Part shown: in pieces, positions 1-12,400 of the stretch
Layout: every line of letters starts with the position of its first letter
Position numbering within the stretch: position 1 is the stretch's first letter
Assembly: GCF_035084215.1 (NCBI RefSeq)
Contig: NC_090356.1
Location: forward strand, 17,980,001 to 18,044,000
Direction of reading: 5' to 3'
Length of the DNA stretch: 64,000 nucleotides
Source: Heptranchias perlo
Lineage: Eukaryota
The notes under the pieces: generated by a model
Told to the model about the DNA's origin: nothing
Databases searched by the model: none
Seen by the model: the letters and a program-made list of their open reading frames with translations, nothing else
Made by a program: the position numbers and the translations under genes

Positions 1-341
1 AAATTTAAATATTCTTCCTCCCCAAAAAGATGTTTTGTTTGTATGTATGAACAGAGTTGTATTAATGCTGGTTAGTACACTAATTATGCATTGAACAGTC
101 ATCCACACATTAAAATACATTCAATGATTAATCTGCATCCAACAGCCTCCACTACACTTCACAAATCTGATACAAATTTCTATGAGCTGCAATAGAAATA
201 TACAACCAGGAAGCCAGCAGCTGATCAGTACTCAGTGATAATTAATTCCTTTTAAAACCAGAGCACTGAGCTGTTTGAGATTTTTCAAAGTGAATAACAC
301 CAAGATGACAGCCCATATCGTCAGTCCATAATACGAAATGG

Positions 342-449
342 TTACTTCTTCTTAAAAAAGTAAAGTCGTTTGCGAAGGAAGTTGAAGGAACCAGGGATTT
401 GCTTGTACTTTCCTTGAGCTTTCTCATTTTCTGAAATGCTTTTCGTCAC
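342..449 (-). CDS. CASP9: CASP9 exon 9 coding part ([35 protein letters not shown])
   Basis: YKQxPGxFNFLRKxLxF terminal caspase motif; acceptor ttttcag|GTG; TAA at 342-344. Confidence 0.94.
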   Translation of the reverse strand: MTKSISENEKAQGKYKQIPGSFNFLRKRLYFFKKK

Positions 450-3400
450 CTGAAAAACAGACAAATTCTGAACTACTTGCTCAAAATTCTCAACAGTACA
501 ACAAGAGGATGCACAGGCTTAGACGGTTCTGTATTGAAAATATACTGTTAAAAAGCCAAAATGCATGGCATCCTGAAACTGAGCCGTGGGAAGGTCTCAG
601 ATTTGATTCCTGGACTGTGCCGAGTTCCCTGATTGCAGCCCTGGTGGCAGGTGGGGTGCTGCAATTCAGCTCAGTGCTGCTGGATTAACATAGGGTCAAC
701 TGGTCAGGGCCCCTCCCCTAATCGCTTTCTGTGACCTGTGCCTGAAGTGCACCTATGTGGATGTTGGGCGAGGATAGGATCAGGCTCGACTGTGAAGCAT
801 CAAAGAGCCTGACAACACTCGCCAACACAGCTCCATACATGAAGAATGGCCACTCAGGCAAGGTGCCCAATACCTCTAAACCATATTCCAGCAAGATTAG
901 TACCTTCAAAAAAAGAACTAGCGAGAAAAAAAGAAAAAATTATCAGCCTACTGAACCTGTTCCTGTTGACGTTCCAGGTACAAACTACATTTCAACTAAC
1001 TGGTGTTGTTAATAGAATTTCAATAAAACTTAAACAGTCGGTGTATGAAATTTCCACACTGTGTCCACTTCAACTGTGAAAACATCCAGCAGTACAATTT
1101 ATAGATTTTGTCCTTCTAAACTTGGGCTGTGTCTGGAGAGGACAATTTGAGCTGTATAACATTTAAGTACTGGTAGGCATAGGTCTATCATATGTAGTGG
1201 TAACGATGGGAGCATTTTGAGGGAAAGGAGTATTGCATTAGAAGAGTATCATGTATGAAGAACAACTGCTCCCTATAACATAGGGAGGGACATGAGGGAC
1301 TCTAGTTACATGGATAGACTGGAGAAGCTGGGATTGTTCTCCTTGGAACAGAGAAGGTTGCGAGGAGATTTGATAGAGGTATTCAAAATCATGAAGGGTC
1401 TAGACAGAGTAGATAGAGAGAAACTCTTCCCATTGGCAGAAGGGTCAAGAACCAGAGGACATAGATTTAAGGTGATTGGCAAAAGAATCAAAGGTGATAT
1501 GAGGAAAAACTTTTTTTTAAAAAAACACAGCGAGTGGTTAGGATCTGGAATGTAGTGCCCAGCCTTCAGCAGGGAACTGGGTAAGTACTTGAAAGGAAAA
1601 AATTTGCAGGGCTACGGGGATAGGGCGGGGGAGTGGGACTAGCTGGATTGCTCTTGCATAAGCCGGCTTGGACTTGATGGGCCGAATGGCCTCCTTCCAT
1701 GCTATAACCTTTCTATGATTCTATTCTATATTGACACTAACATACCAAGTAAGTTTGATGAGAACAATGTACACTGATCAATTCAGAAACAGCTCTCTAG
1801 ATTTGCATTATCCACAAACTGCCAGCATTACTGGTGGCAACAGAGAGAGTTTCCCCCTTTCCAAATTGTTGTTTTGATTCAGAAGAAAAACTAGTTTAAA
1901 AAGCTAATTCCAGTTAACAAAGATCTGACACAGAGCTGAGGTGTTGTCGCTTGTGACAGGTAAATGTGAATTTTTAAGCAAGTGAATCACCAGAACCTGT
2001 GCCAACTACAATGCAGTTTTCAGGTGATGACCCCCAAGTGTTACGTCTCAACCAGTGGTATTGTGCTCAGTTTAAAATAAAACAACTCACCCTTGTTAGG
2101 AGTGTTACTAGATCATCTGAATGAGCATATTCACTGAAAACTTGCACTAGAGCGTTCATGTACCAAGATCCCGCATTTTTATCTCTCCAGGACACATAGC
2201 CTAAAGGAAGGGTTCAAAAACATCTAAATAACCCATTGCTACTTGTCATAATAAGAGAAAACAATCTTAAATCACTAATCTGTTTGTGCAGCCCCAGCAT
2301 TCAGTCAAGTTACACTCCCAATCACAGCCCACAATACAGTCACTGTGTAACTCTCAAAGTTGTGACTGCACATCCAAAACCCATCAAGTACTGGCCCAAT
2401 AGCTGAGTACAGCAGGACAACCCAGTATTATTGCTGTTCCCCAGTGTCTCAGCAATTGCAAGCTACTCAGTATGGTTCACTAACTATTACACATAATATA
2501 TATTATGAATATAATAGCAATATATTGTAACTAGAAAACAGCTGCAATAAGATAACTGCAAAAATAATAGATTTAAATGTATTTACAACCCTTTAATTAA
2601 ATTACCTGGTACAAATCAGGAAAGGACTAGGAACTTTAAGGATCATCACTGGGAATACATCAAATGTAAACGAGCACTAAATATTTAGGCTCCACACCAT
2701 AAGGGATACCCATCTGAGTAATACTGTGTTCTCTTCAATTTCCCTAACTTCCTTTCTAAACCACAATTTCCTTACAAATGTTATTTTTGGAAACTTAGTT
2801 TTTTTTCCCCATTAATATTATTTTTTCTTATAAGGTGGGTGTACAGCACAATCTTCTGCTGCTAATTGGTAAGAGATAGTAATCTCACTCAAAGAGGCTA
2901 CTAAGTTGACTGAAGTGGGAGATGGAAAATGTCACAGTGCTGTAGTCGGGGTGCCTGAACTGGAACGTGCTTAATTGCCCAACAATAATATTCATCATTT
3001 TGATAAGTACGAAAATCACAAGAAAGGAATAAAAATAGAACAGCAAAAATTATATAAACTGACATGCATACTTTAGTTAGCTGCTTGAGCCCTGAAAAAT
3101 GCAAGAGTGTTGACATTAACTTGGATGTGTACCTAACATGGATCACATCACTCGAGAGAGAGTAACTGGGCAAGTAAAGATACCTGGGAATGTAGAGTAT
3201 GAAACCAAGATGTCACTGGGGGTTGGCAAGCTCGATACTGCATCTGGCTCATCTTCTGCTCGACGTGGAGTAGCGTCTGTCTGCAAGCTAATGGTATCAT
3301 AGGGTATATCAGGAGCACTGTCCACCTCCTCAGCTGTCTCGAATCCTGTATCCTTCTGATCTGTAAGAATGAAAAAGTTTCACTTTAGTGCTGTGAAAGT

Positions 3401-6400
3401 ACACAAACCTGTATATTGTGTCCTTCAGCTAACTCAGATGCCGAGATCCTCGCAATACTGCACCGCTCTTCCCTTTCTCTCTGCAGTGTTGGACTTTCTC
3501 ACTCATGTTCTCTTTTACCCTCTTTCTCTGTCTCAATGCTGCACCGACCACTCTTTTCCAAGCAATGAGAGAAACAGAAGATCTTTTAGACAGAGACAAG
3601 TGAAACTGATAAAAAGCAGAAAGAGAAAAAGCACATAAGAAAAAAGGAGAGGATGAGGCAGGAGATGACCAAAGAGGTTGGGAGTAGTGAAAAGCAGCAA
3701 AGAATTTCAAAGGGAATTGGATAAGTTTTGAAAAAGGAGAATATAAAAGGATGTAGAGAAGGGCAAGGTAATGGGATTAAGTAGCTCAGGTTGAAGAACT
3801 AGCACCAGCATAACCATGATGGCCTCCTCCTGTACAATAATTTATATGATTCTATGAAAAAAAAAGGCAAGTGGTAATACAAATGCTATAAATTCAAAAC
3901 ATGTTTTCCCTGAATGCACACAATGGAGAATAAACCAAATATGGAAATAGGGTACCTTTCTTTAATTGTTCAGTTTTAGTGCCCATATTTTTTCCCCTCT
4001 TGGTGTGCTTGTAATGTGGAAGATGCATTAACAAGAGTAAAAAGGAACTGTCTGAATATGATACAAGAGGGCAGCACTAACCCAGTGACTTTACCATGTA
4101 ATTAATACTGGAGGTGCAACTGTAAATTTTGTAAAGTCGTACTATGTCAGGGGCTGTGTCTTTCAGGAGAGAAGCAGAATATATATGACTCCAGCCACTC
4201 GAGTCTTCCCCCAATCCCCACTGACTTCAGTATTACTAGGGCTCCTTGGTACCACACTCAGTCAAGTACTGCCTTGATGTCAATGGCAGTCACTCTCACC
4301 TCACCTCTGGAATTCAGCTCTTGTGTCCATGTTTGGGTCAAAGCTGAAATGAGGCCTAAAACAAAGTGGTCCTGGCGGAATCCAAACTGAACATCGGTGA
4401 GCAAGTTATTATTGAGTAAGTCCCACACTGTTGACAACTCCTTCCATCACTTTACCGATAATTGGGAGTAGGTTAATTGGGAGGTAATTTACCAAGTTGG
4501 TTTTGTCCTGCTTTTTGTGGACAGGACTTCCCTGGCCAATTTTCCACATTATTGGGTAGATGGCAGTGTTGGAGCTGTACTGGAACATCTTGGCTAGGGT
4601 TGGGGCTATTTCTGGAGCCACAGGTCTTCAGCACTAGAGCCGGGGGCCCGTACCCTTTGCTATAGCCAGTCAGTCACTTCTTGATGTCAGGTGCAGTGAA
4701 TAGAATTGGCTGAAGCCTGGCATCTGTGATGGTGGGGACCTCAGGAGCAGGTCGAGAAGGATCATCCACTGCACTTCCAGCTGAAGGTGGTTGCAAACAC
4801 TGTAGCCTTGTCTTTTGTACACACATGCTAGACTTTACCACTGTTGAGGATGGGGGCGTTCATGGACCCTTCTCCTCCCGTTAGTTGCTTAATTGTCCAC
4901 CACCATTCATGACTGGAGATGGGAGGGTTGCAGAGCTTTGACCTGATCTGTTGGTTGTGGGATTACATAGCTCTGCCCATAGCATGCAGCTTTCGCTGTT
5001 TAGCATATATGTAGTCCTTTGTTGTTGCTTCACCAGGTTGGCACCTCATTTTCAGGTTATGCCTTACGCTACCCCCGGCATGCTCTTCTGCACTCCTCTT
5101 TGAACCAGGAATGGTTATCTGACTTGATGGTGAAGCAGCGAGGGATAGACTGGGCCATGAGTTTACAAATTGTGGTGGTGTACAATTCCGCTGCCTACAG
5201 TCCCTCGTGGATGCCTAGTTTCGAGCTGCTGGATCCGATCTATCTCACTTAGCATGGTGGTAGTGCCACATGACATGATGGAGGGTGTCCTCAATGTGAA
5301 GTAAGGACATGGTCTGTACGAGGACTGTGCGGTGGCCACACCTACCAATGCTGTCGTGGACAGATGCACCTGCGACAATTAGATTGGTGAGGTCGAGGTC
5401 AAGCAGATTATTCCCTCGTGTTGGTTCTCTCACCACGTGTTGCAAGCTATGTCCTTCAGGACTCAGCCAGCTCGGTCAGTAGTGGTACTACCAAGCCATT
5501 ATTGGTGATGGACATTGAAGTCCCCCACGCAGAGTACATTCTGTGATGTTTAACATGGAGGAAGACTGATTTATCAGCTGAGGGAGATAGGTGGTAATCA
5601 GCAGGAGGTTTCCTTGCCCATGTTTGACCTGAAGCCACGAGACTTCATGGGGTCCAGAGTCATTGTTGAAGACTCCCAGGGCCAGTCCAGGACCGTATAC
5701 CACTGTGCCCCAGCTCTGGTAGGTCTGTCCTGCCAGTGGAACAGGACATGCCCAGGGATGGTGATGGAGGAGTCTGGGATGTTGGCTGATAATGACTAGG
5801 TCAGGCTGTTGCTTGACTAGTCTGTGGGACAGCTCTCCCAACTTTGGCACCAGTCCCCAGAAGTGAGGGCTTTACAGGGTCAACCGGGCTGAGTGTGCCT
5901 TTGTTGTGTCCTGATTTGCTGCCTAGGTCGCAGCTGAGTGGTCCTTCCCCTTTTATTCTTGTTATTCTTTGTAGCAATTGGATATAACAGTGGCTTGCTG
6001 GCCAGTTCAGAGGACAGTTAAGAGTCAACCACGTTGGTGTGGGTCTGGAGTCACATAAAGTCCAGAATGGGTAAGTACAGCAGGTTTGCTTCCCTAAAGG
6101 ACACCAGTGAACCAGTTGGGTTTTTACAACAATCTGACAGATTCATGGACACTTTTACTGATACTAGCCTTTTATCCCTAGATTGTTTTTATAAAACCGA
6201 ATTCAAATTCTCAATCTTTGATTCTGGTGGGATTTGAAATCACATTCTCTGGATTACTAATTCAGCAATATAACCACTACATTACTGTACCCCGATGGTA
6301 AATATTTTAGTGCTGATTTGAACACTGTTTCTAAGCCTGAGTTAAAGTACTAATCCATGCGAGCTTGGCAATAAGAGGATAACAGTGTACTCTAGAGATT

Positions 6401-9400
6401 CAAGCAAGAGACAGGACGGACTCTGGTTACTCTTACATAGCTGATTATTTGGATTAAATCTTGAGTATGGTAACTGGCCACTTAATTAAACGCCAATAGT
6501 AACTACATTGATTTATTTTTTAATGCCTCCAATAGGTAATCTATTTATATAACTCAGTAACAATTGTGGCACCTACCTCCGCCACAAGCCTGAATGAAGA
6601 ATAATTTGGGCTTTTCACGCAGTGTCGGGCTGTGCAAACCATCAAAGAAGCTGACAATACGCTGAACTGATACTGTGGGACCCCCATCCACTCCGTAAAC
6701 TGCACCAGGAAATTCTCTGTGTTGAGCCTGTGTACAGAAATACATCTATAGCTTTAAACATTATAACACCGCAATATGCATCCATACCTAGGAAATGCAG
6801 CTAATGTTAATGTTACTGAGGATAGGACTGAGGTACATCATTGGAGTGAGGAAGAAGAAGTTATACTCTGTATCTTACCCATGCTGTACCAGATCTGGCA
6901 GAGCTCGATGCTTCCAATAAGTGCATGAAATGGGAGAATATTCCATTTTCCAGCTCAAATATCCCTCAGAGCAACGAGCACAAAATTTCACACAAACACA
7001 AAGGGAAAAGAAAGGTTCTTGGTTCAAAAGGAGTAGTTGCTCTTACTCGTCAAATAAGGGGATACGCCACACACTAAAGGTACTTTATTTACACTGCCCA
7101 CTTCTCAGTTAGTGCATTTGATTTCTCTATTTCTAAGCACTTCCACACCATGCACCATTTACCAGCTGAGGGGACAATGCAGCTTAAGGCAGCTCCTTGG
7201 AGAAAGTACACAGGGACATACCATGGTGAACTGATCTCTGACTTTTTTGTACCAGTTTTGGTTGGAAATTTTGTCATGGACAAAGCTCCCCTCCATTCTC
7301 TCATCAACTTAAGCAGAGATTCACTAACAAGTATAACGAAAGCCTAGAGGAGTATAGAAAGTACAGGGATGACGTAAAAAAGGAAACAAGGAAAGCAAAA
7401 AGAGGACATGAAAAAATATTAGCTAGTAAGATTAAAGAAAACCCAAAGATGTTTTATTAGTACATTAAGAACAAGAGGATAGCTAAGGAAAAGGTGGGAC
7501 CTATCAGGGATGATAAGGGTAACTTGTGTGTAGAAGCAGAGGATGTGGGTAGGGTTTTAAATGAATATTTTGTCTCCGTATTCACAAAGGAAAGGGATGA
7601 TCCGGACGTAGTAGTTAAAGAGGAGAGGTGTGAAATATTGGATAATGTAAACATAATAAGAGAGGAAGTACAAGAGGGACTGGAATCCTTGAAAGTTAAT
7701 AAGTCACCAGGGCCGGATAGATTGTTTCCTAGGCTATTGAAGGAAGCCAGGGAGGAAATAACGGATGTTCTGAGGATCATTTTCCAATCCTCACTAGATA
7801 CAGGGAAGGTACCGGAGGACTGGAAGACTGCAAACGTAGTACCATTGTTTAAAAAGGGTACGAGGGAAAGGCCGAACAATTATAGGCCGATCAGTCTTAC
7901 CTTGGTGGTGGGCAAACTATTAGAATCAATACTGAGAGATAGGATAAACTGTCACTTGGAAAGGCATGGTTTAATCAGGGATAGTCAGCATAGATTTGTT
8001 CAGGGAAGGTCATGTCTTACAAATCTGATTAAATTCTTTGAGGAAGTGACAAGGAGGATTGATGAGGGTAGTGCAGTGGATGTTGTCTACATGGATTTTA
8101 GTAAGGCATTTGACAAGGTCCCACATGGCAGACTGGTCAGAAAGGTAAAATCCCATGGGATACAGGGGATGTGGCGAATTGGATCCAAAATTGGCTCAGT
8201 AACAGGAAACAAAGGGTAAAAGTCGATGGATGTCTTTGCGAATGGAAATCCGTTTCCAGTGGTGTACCACAGGGCTCAGTGTTGGGTCCCTTGCTGTTTG
8301 TGGTATATATTAATGATTTGGACTTGAATGTTGGGGGCATTGATTGGAAAATTTGCAGACGACACAAAAATTGGCCGTGTAGTTGATAGTGAAGAGGATA
8401 GCTGTAGTCTCCAAAAAATATCAATGGGTTGGTGGAGTACGCGGAAAAGTGGCAAATGGAGTTCAACCCGGAGAAGTGTGAGGTAATGCACTTAGGGAGG
8501 GCAAACAATAAAAGGGAATACGCAGTAAATGGGAATATATTGAGAGGGGTAGAGGAAGTGAGAGATCACTTGTGCACAGGTCCCTGAAGGTGGCAGTACA
8601 GGTAGATAAGGTTGTGAAGAAGGCATACGGAATGCTCTCCATTATTAGCCGAGGTATAGAATACAAAAGCAGGGATGTATTGATGGAACTGTATAAAACG
8701 CTGGTAAGGCCCCAGCTACAGGATTGTGCGCAGTTCTGGTCACCACATTACAGGAAGGACGTAATTGCTCTGGAGAGAGTGCAATTTACAGGAATGTTGC
8801 CAGGGCTTGAAAATTGCAGCTACGAGGAGAGATTGGATAGGCTGGGGTTGTTTTCCTTGGCGCAGAGGAGGCTGAGGGGAGACTTGATGAGTTGTACAAA
8901 ATTATCAGGGGCCCCGATAGAGTAAACAGGAAGTACCTGTTTCCCCAGCAGAGAGTTCAAGAACTAGAGGACATAGATTTAAGCTGATTGGCGGAAGGAT
9001 TAGAGGGGACATGAGGAAAAGCTTTTTTACCCAGATGGTGGCGGGTGTATGGAATTCGCTGCCCGAATTGGTGGTAGAGGCAGGGACCCTCAACTCTTTT
9101 AAAAGTACCTGGACCTGCACCTAAAGTGCTGTAAGCTGCACGGCTATGGACTGGGTGCTGGAAGATGGGATTAGAACGGACACCTGGTTGTTCTTCGAGC
9201 CGGCGCAGAAACGATGGGCCGAATGGCCCCCTTCTGTGCTGTATCTTTTCTATGGTTCTAAGTAGACAAAAAGCAGCATGCTCTTCCAAAACAGTTACCT
9301 CAGATCCATAGCAGCTGAAAGTTCAGAGTACAAGAGTTTGTACAGTACAAGTTTTAGCCCGTGGGTTTGAAAAAGACTACAGTGGTCATTTGGATTGTGT

Positions 9401-12400
9401 CAGTTGTGTTACTTACCACACTATGGAATGAAGAAAAATGGGCATTTTTTTTCATGTAAGTTCATCAGTTGTCATTTAACAATTTACATTTGTCAAAAGC
9501 ACTTTACAGTTTTCCCATTCCAGTTAAACAACAAAAATATAAAATTTTCCTTATAAATGTCAAGATTTTAAGGTGCTTTTATTCTATAGCCTTTTATAAT
9601 ACTGTTGAAATTTGAATTCAAAAATCAAACTGTCCTTACATCTCTTTTCAGTCATTCTAGAAGCTGTAGGGGTCTAATAAATGTCATCCACCAGCACTTG
9701 TCATCAATGGAAAAATAAGCAAAATAACTGCAAATAGTGGAAATCTGACATACAATCATGTTGGAAATACAAATCTAGTCAGCAACTAAAAAGAGAAAAG
9801 AACAATTTTCCCCAAGTGTTAACTTGTCCTTTCTCTTTGATGGATACGGACAAACCTACTGTGTAATTCCAGCATTTTCTGTTTTTGCTCAGTTCTCCCC
9901 AAATGTCTTGTGTTAGGGTTCACTGTACTGGACTTTGCCGGCGACTCTGTCCTTTGCAGCAATACTAAAGGAACTATATGACCTGCAGGTCTTTGGGAAA
10001 CCCAACATTTCCTCACCAGTGTAGCTGCTCAAAGGTTGTGCACAAACTTGTTTGTAAAATCCACCCATGGGCAGCACATCATAGACAGTGGTGTCAAATG
10101 TACATTTAGCACAGTCATTGTCATCACACAAGGCAAAGGTTTCCCAGTCAGGTTCACCAGGAACAGAATGGGAAAACTAGGATAGAAAAAGCAGAAAGAA
10201 AATGGTTGCTAGGTGACAGTAAAAGTTAAAAACAAAGAGAAAGACACCAAAACACACAAAATCAGAAGTAGAACAAAAAACAGGAAAATGGCACTCCTAT
10301 TGTTTAAATATTACTGATTCACAGGACTATATTATGCCATGCAGCTACTGTATCTATTCCTGAAGTCAGCACTGTGACTCACCAGACTACCATGCGAAAG
10401 AATAACTACAACACAACAGTCGAAATTCGAATGGTCCTTGCCAGCCAGGCTCTCCAGCTCCGTCTCCATCATCTGTCGGAGTGAAACACATAACAGAATG
10501 AGGAAGCACCAACAATCCATGATGCAACATTTGTTAAAATTAAGACTTTCACAAATCAAGTCACCAAGGGGAACATGGAGTCACAGTGTTGTCGTTCAGT
10601 TTCGCTACAGCAGGTGAAAAGTGATTGGGAGTCAAAAGAGAAAGAAACCCATAAGGCAGCAGGTCTCTCTAAGGGCTTGTACCACATACAGTTTCTGGTA
10701 TGGTTAAAGTCATTACATAAAGATTATGTCCAACTCCAAACTATTATGCAGAAGGGTCTGCCAAATTCTGGAGGTTAACAGCTAAGTTCTAGGAATAGAG
10801 ATTTTGCACAATACATGATTTGGTACAGGTACCATATCAGCTTTCCAGACTGAAGTTTGCTTCAATGAAAATGCGAGAGATTGTACAAGACTCTTAGTAA
10901 ATTTGGATGGGTATCTGTAACAGTGTGCGCGATGCATACAGTGGGGGAAATCGCTGTTTTGGTGGCCATGCTCAATAGTTCCCTTTCTCTGGTTCTTCAG
11001 AACACCTGTTAGTTCTGAACTACAGTTTTCTTATAATAGACCGAGCTATCCTTGCAATGTTGGGAATTCAGTCAAGGATTTGATCATCAATGTATCCTGA
11101 TAGGTGGTGTTGCAGGGCTGTGCTGCACTCTACAGGCACAATATGGGCTATAATGACTAATCAAAGGTTGTGTGTGGAAATACTCACTTGTTTGGTCAGA
11201 TTATTTTTAACAATAACCTCAAAGTGCAATTTCTGGAAGAGTTTTTGCACTTTTTCACAATCAATGTCAGAGCCTTCGCGACATCTCAAATCGCTGCTTG
11301 AATAGAAGTCCACATTGTTGATGATCAAACAACAGCCACAAGGATCAGCGACCATTTTATAAATCTAGAGGTAGGCAAAGGGAAAGATGAAATCCACAGA
11401 AACTGATACTGGTTCCTGAACAGATTCTGAATATGGAAATGCAATTTCCCCCCTAATACAGTCTCTTTTTGATAATTCAATGTTGTTTCTTAGCACTGAA
11501 AATTTTAAATGATCCAACAACTTAAATTAAGCACCATAAATCTAGAAAAGAGAAGACTGAGCGGTGACCTGATAGACCTCTTTAAAATTATGAAGAGGTT
11601 CGATAGGGTAGATGTAGAAATGATGTCTCCACTTGTAGGGGAGTCCAAAACTAGAGGTCATAAATATAAGATAGTCACAAATAAATCCAATAGGGAATTC
11701 AGGAGAAACTTTTTATTCAGAGAGTGGTTAGAATGTGGAACTCGCTACCACATGGAGTGGCTGAGGCGAATAGCATAGATGAATTTAATGGAAAACTAGA
11801 TAAGTACATGAGGGAGAAAGGAATAGAAGGATATGTTGATAGGGTGAGATAAAGTAAATAGAGTGAGAGGAGGCTCGTGTGGAGCATAGACACTGGCATA
11901 GACCGGTTGGGCCGAATGGCCTGTTTCTGTGCTGTAAATTCTATGTAATGCTAAGTAAATAACACAGCAAAGTGGAATTTGGTGATTTAAAAAAACAGAA
12001 TTACCAGATACGTTGAATTAAGCACTTTTGAATTAAGAGAAGTAGACTGTATCAGCACACAAATTGATGTCTTATTTTGTTGTTTTAAAAAATATCTTTT
12101 TTGAGAATGGGAAATCAAAGTGATGGATATCAGTGATGGGGAATGGAACACTCAAGATCTACCAGGTCAGGAACAGCAGGTGCAGGGAAGCAATTTAAAA
12201 ATCGATAGAATCTCATGTCCCAGGGTAAAAGAACTGCATGGTTACCAGCCAGTCCTCATTTTAAAATCTTAACAAAGTATAAATTCCATCCATGTGTGGG
12301 TACTTTGTTGGTTTGGGTTTGTATATACAGGGCTTCTGCATCAACTATATTAGCACAAATCCAACTTGGGACTGAATAATCCGCCACACCAGCCAAAATC

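Noticed and set aside
7494-8219. 241-aa ORF (and the 171-353-aa ORFs at 25107-26329 and 34995-36874) as host genes
   Set aside because: They are fragments of LINE ORF2 (reverse transcriptase) with frameshifts, stops or deletions, located inside introns.
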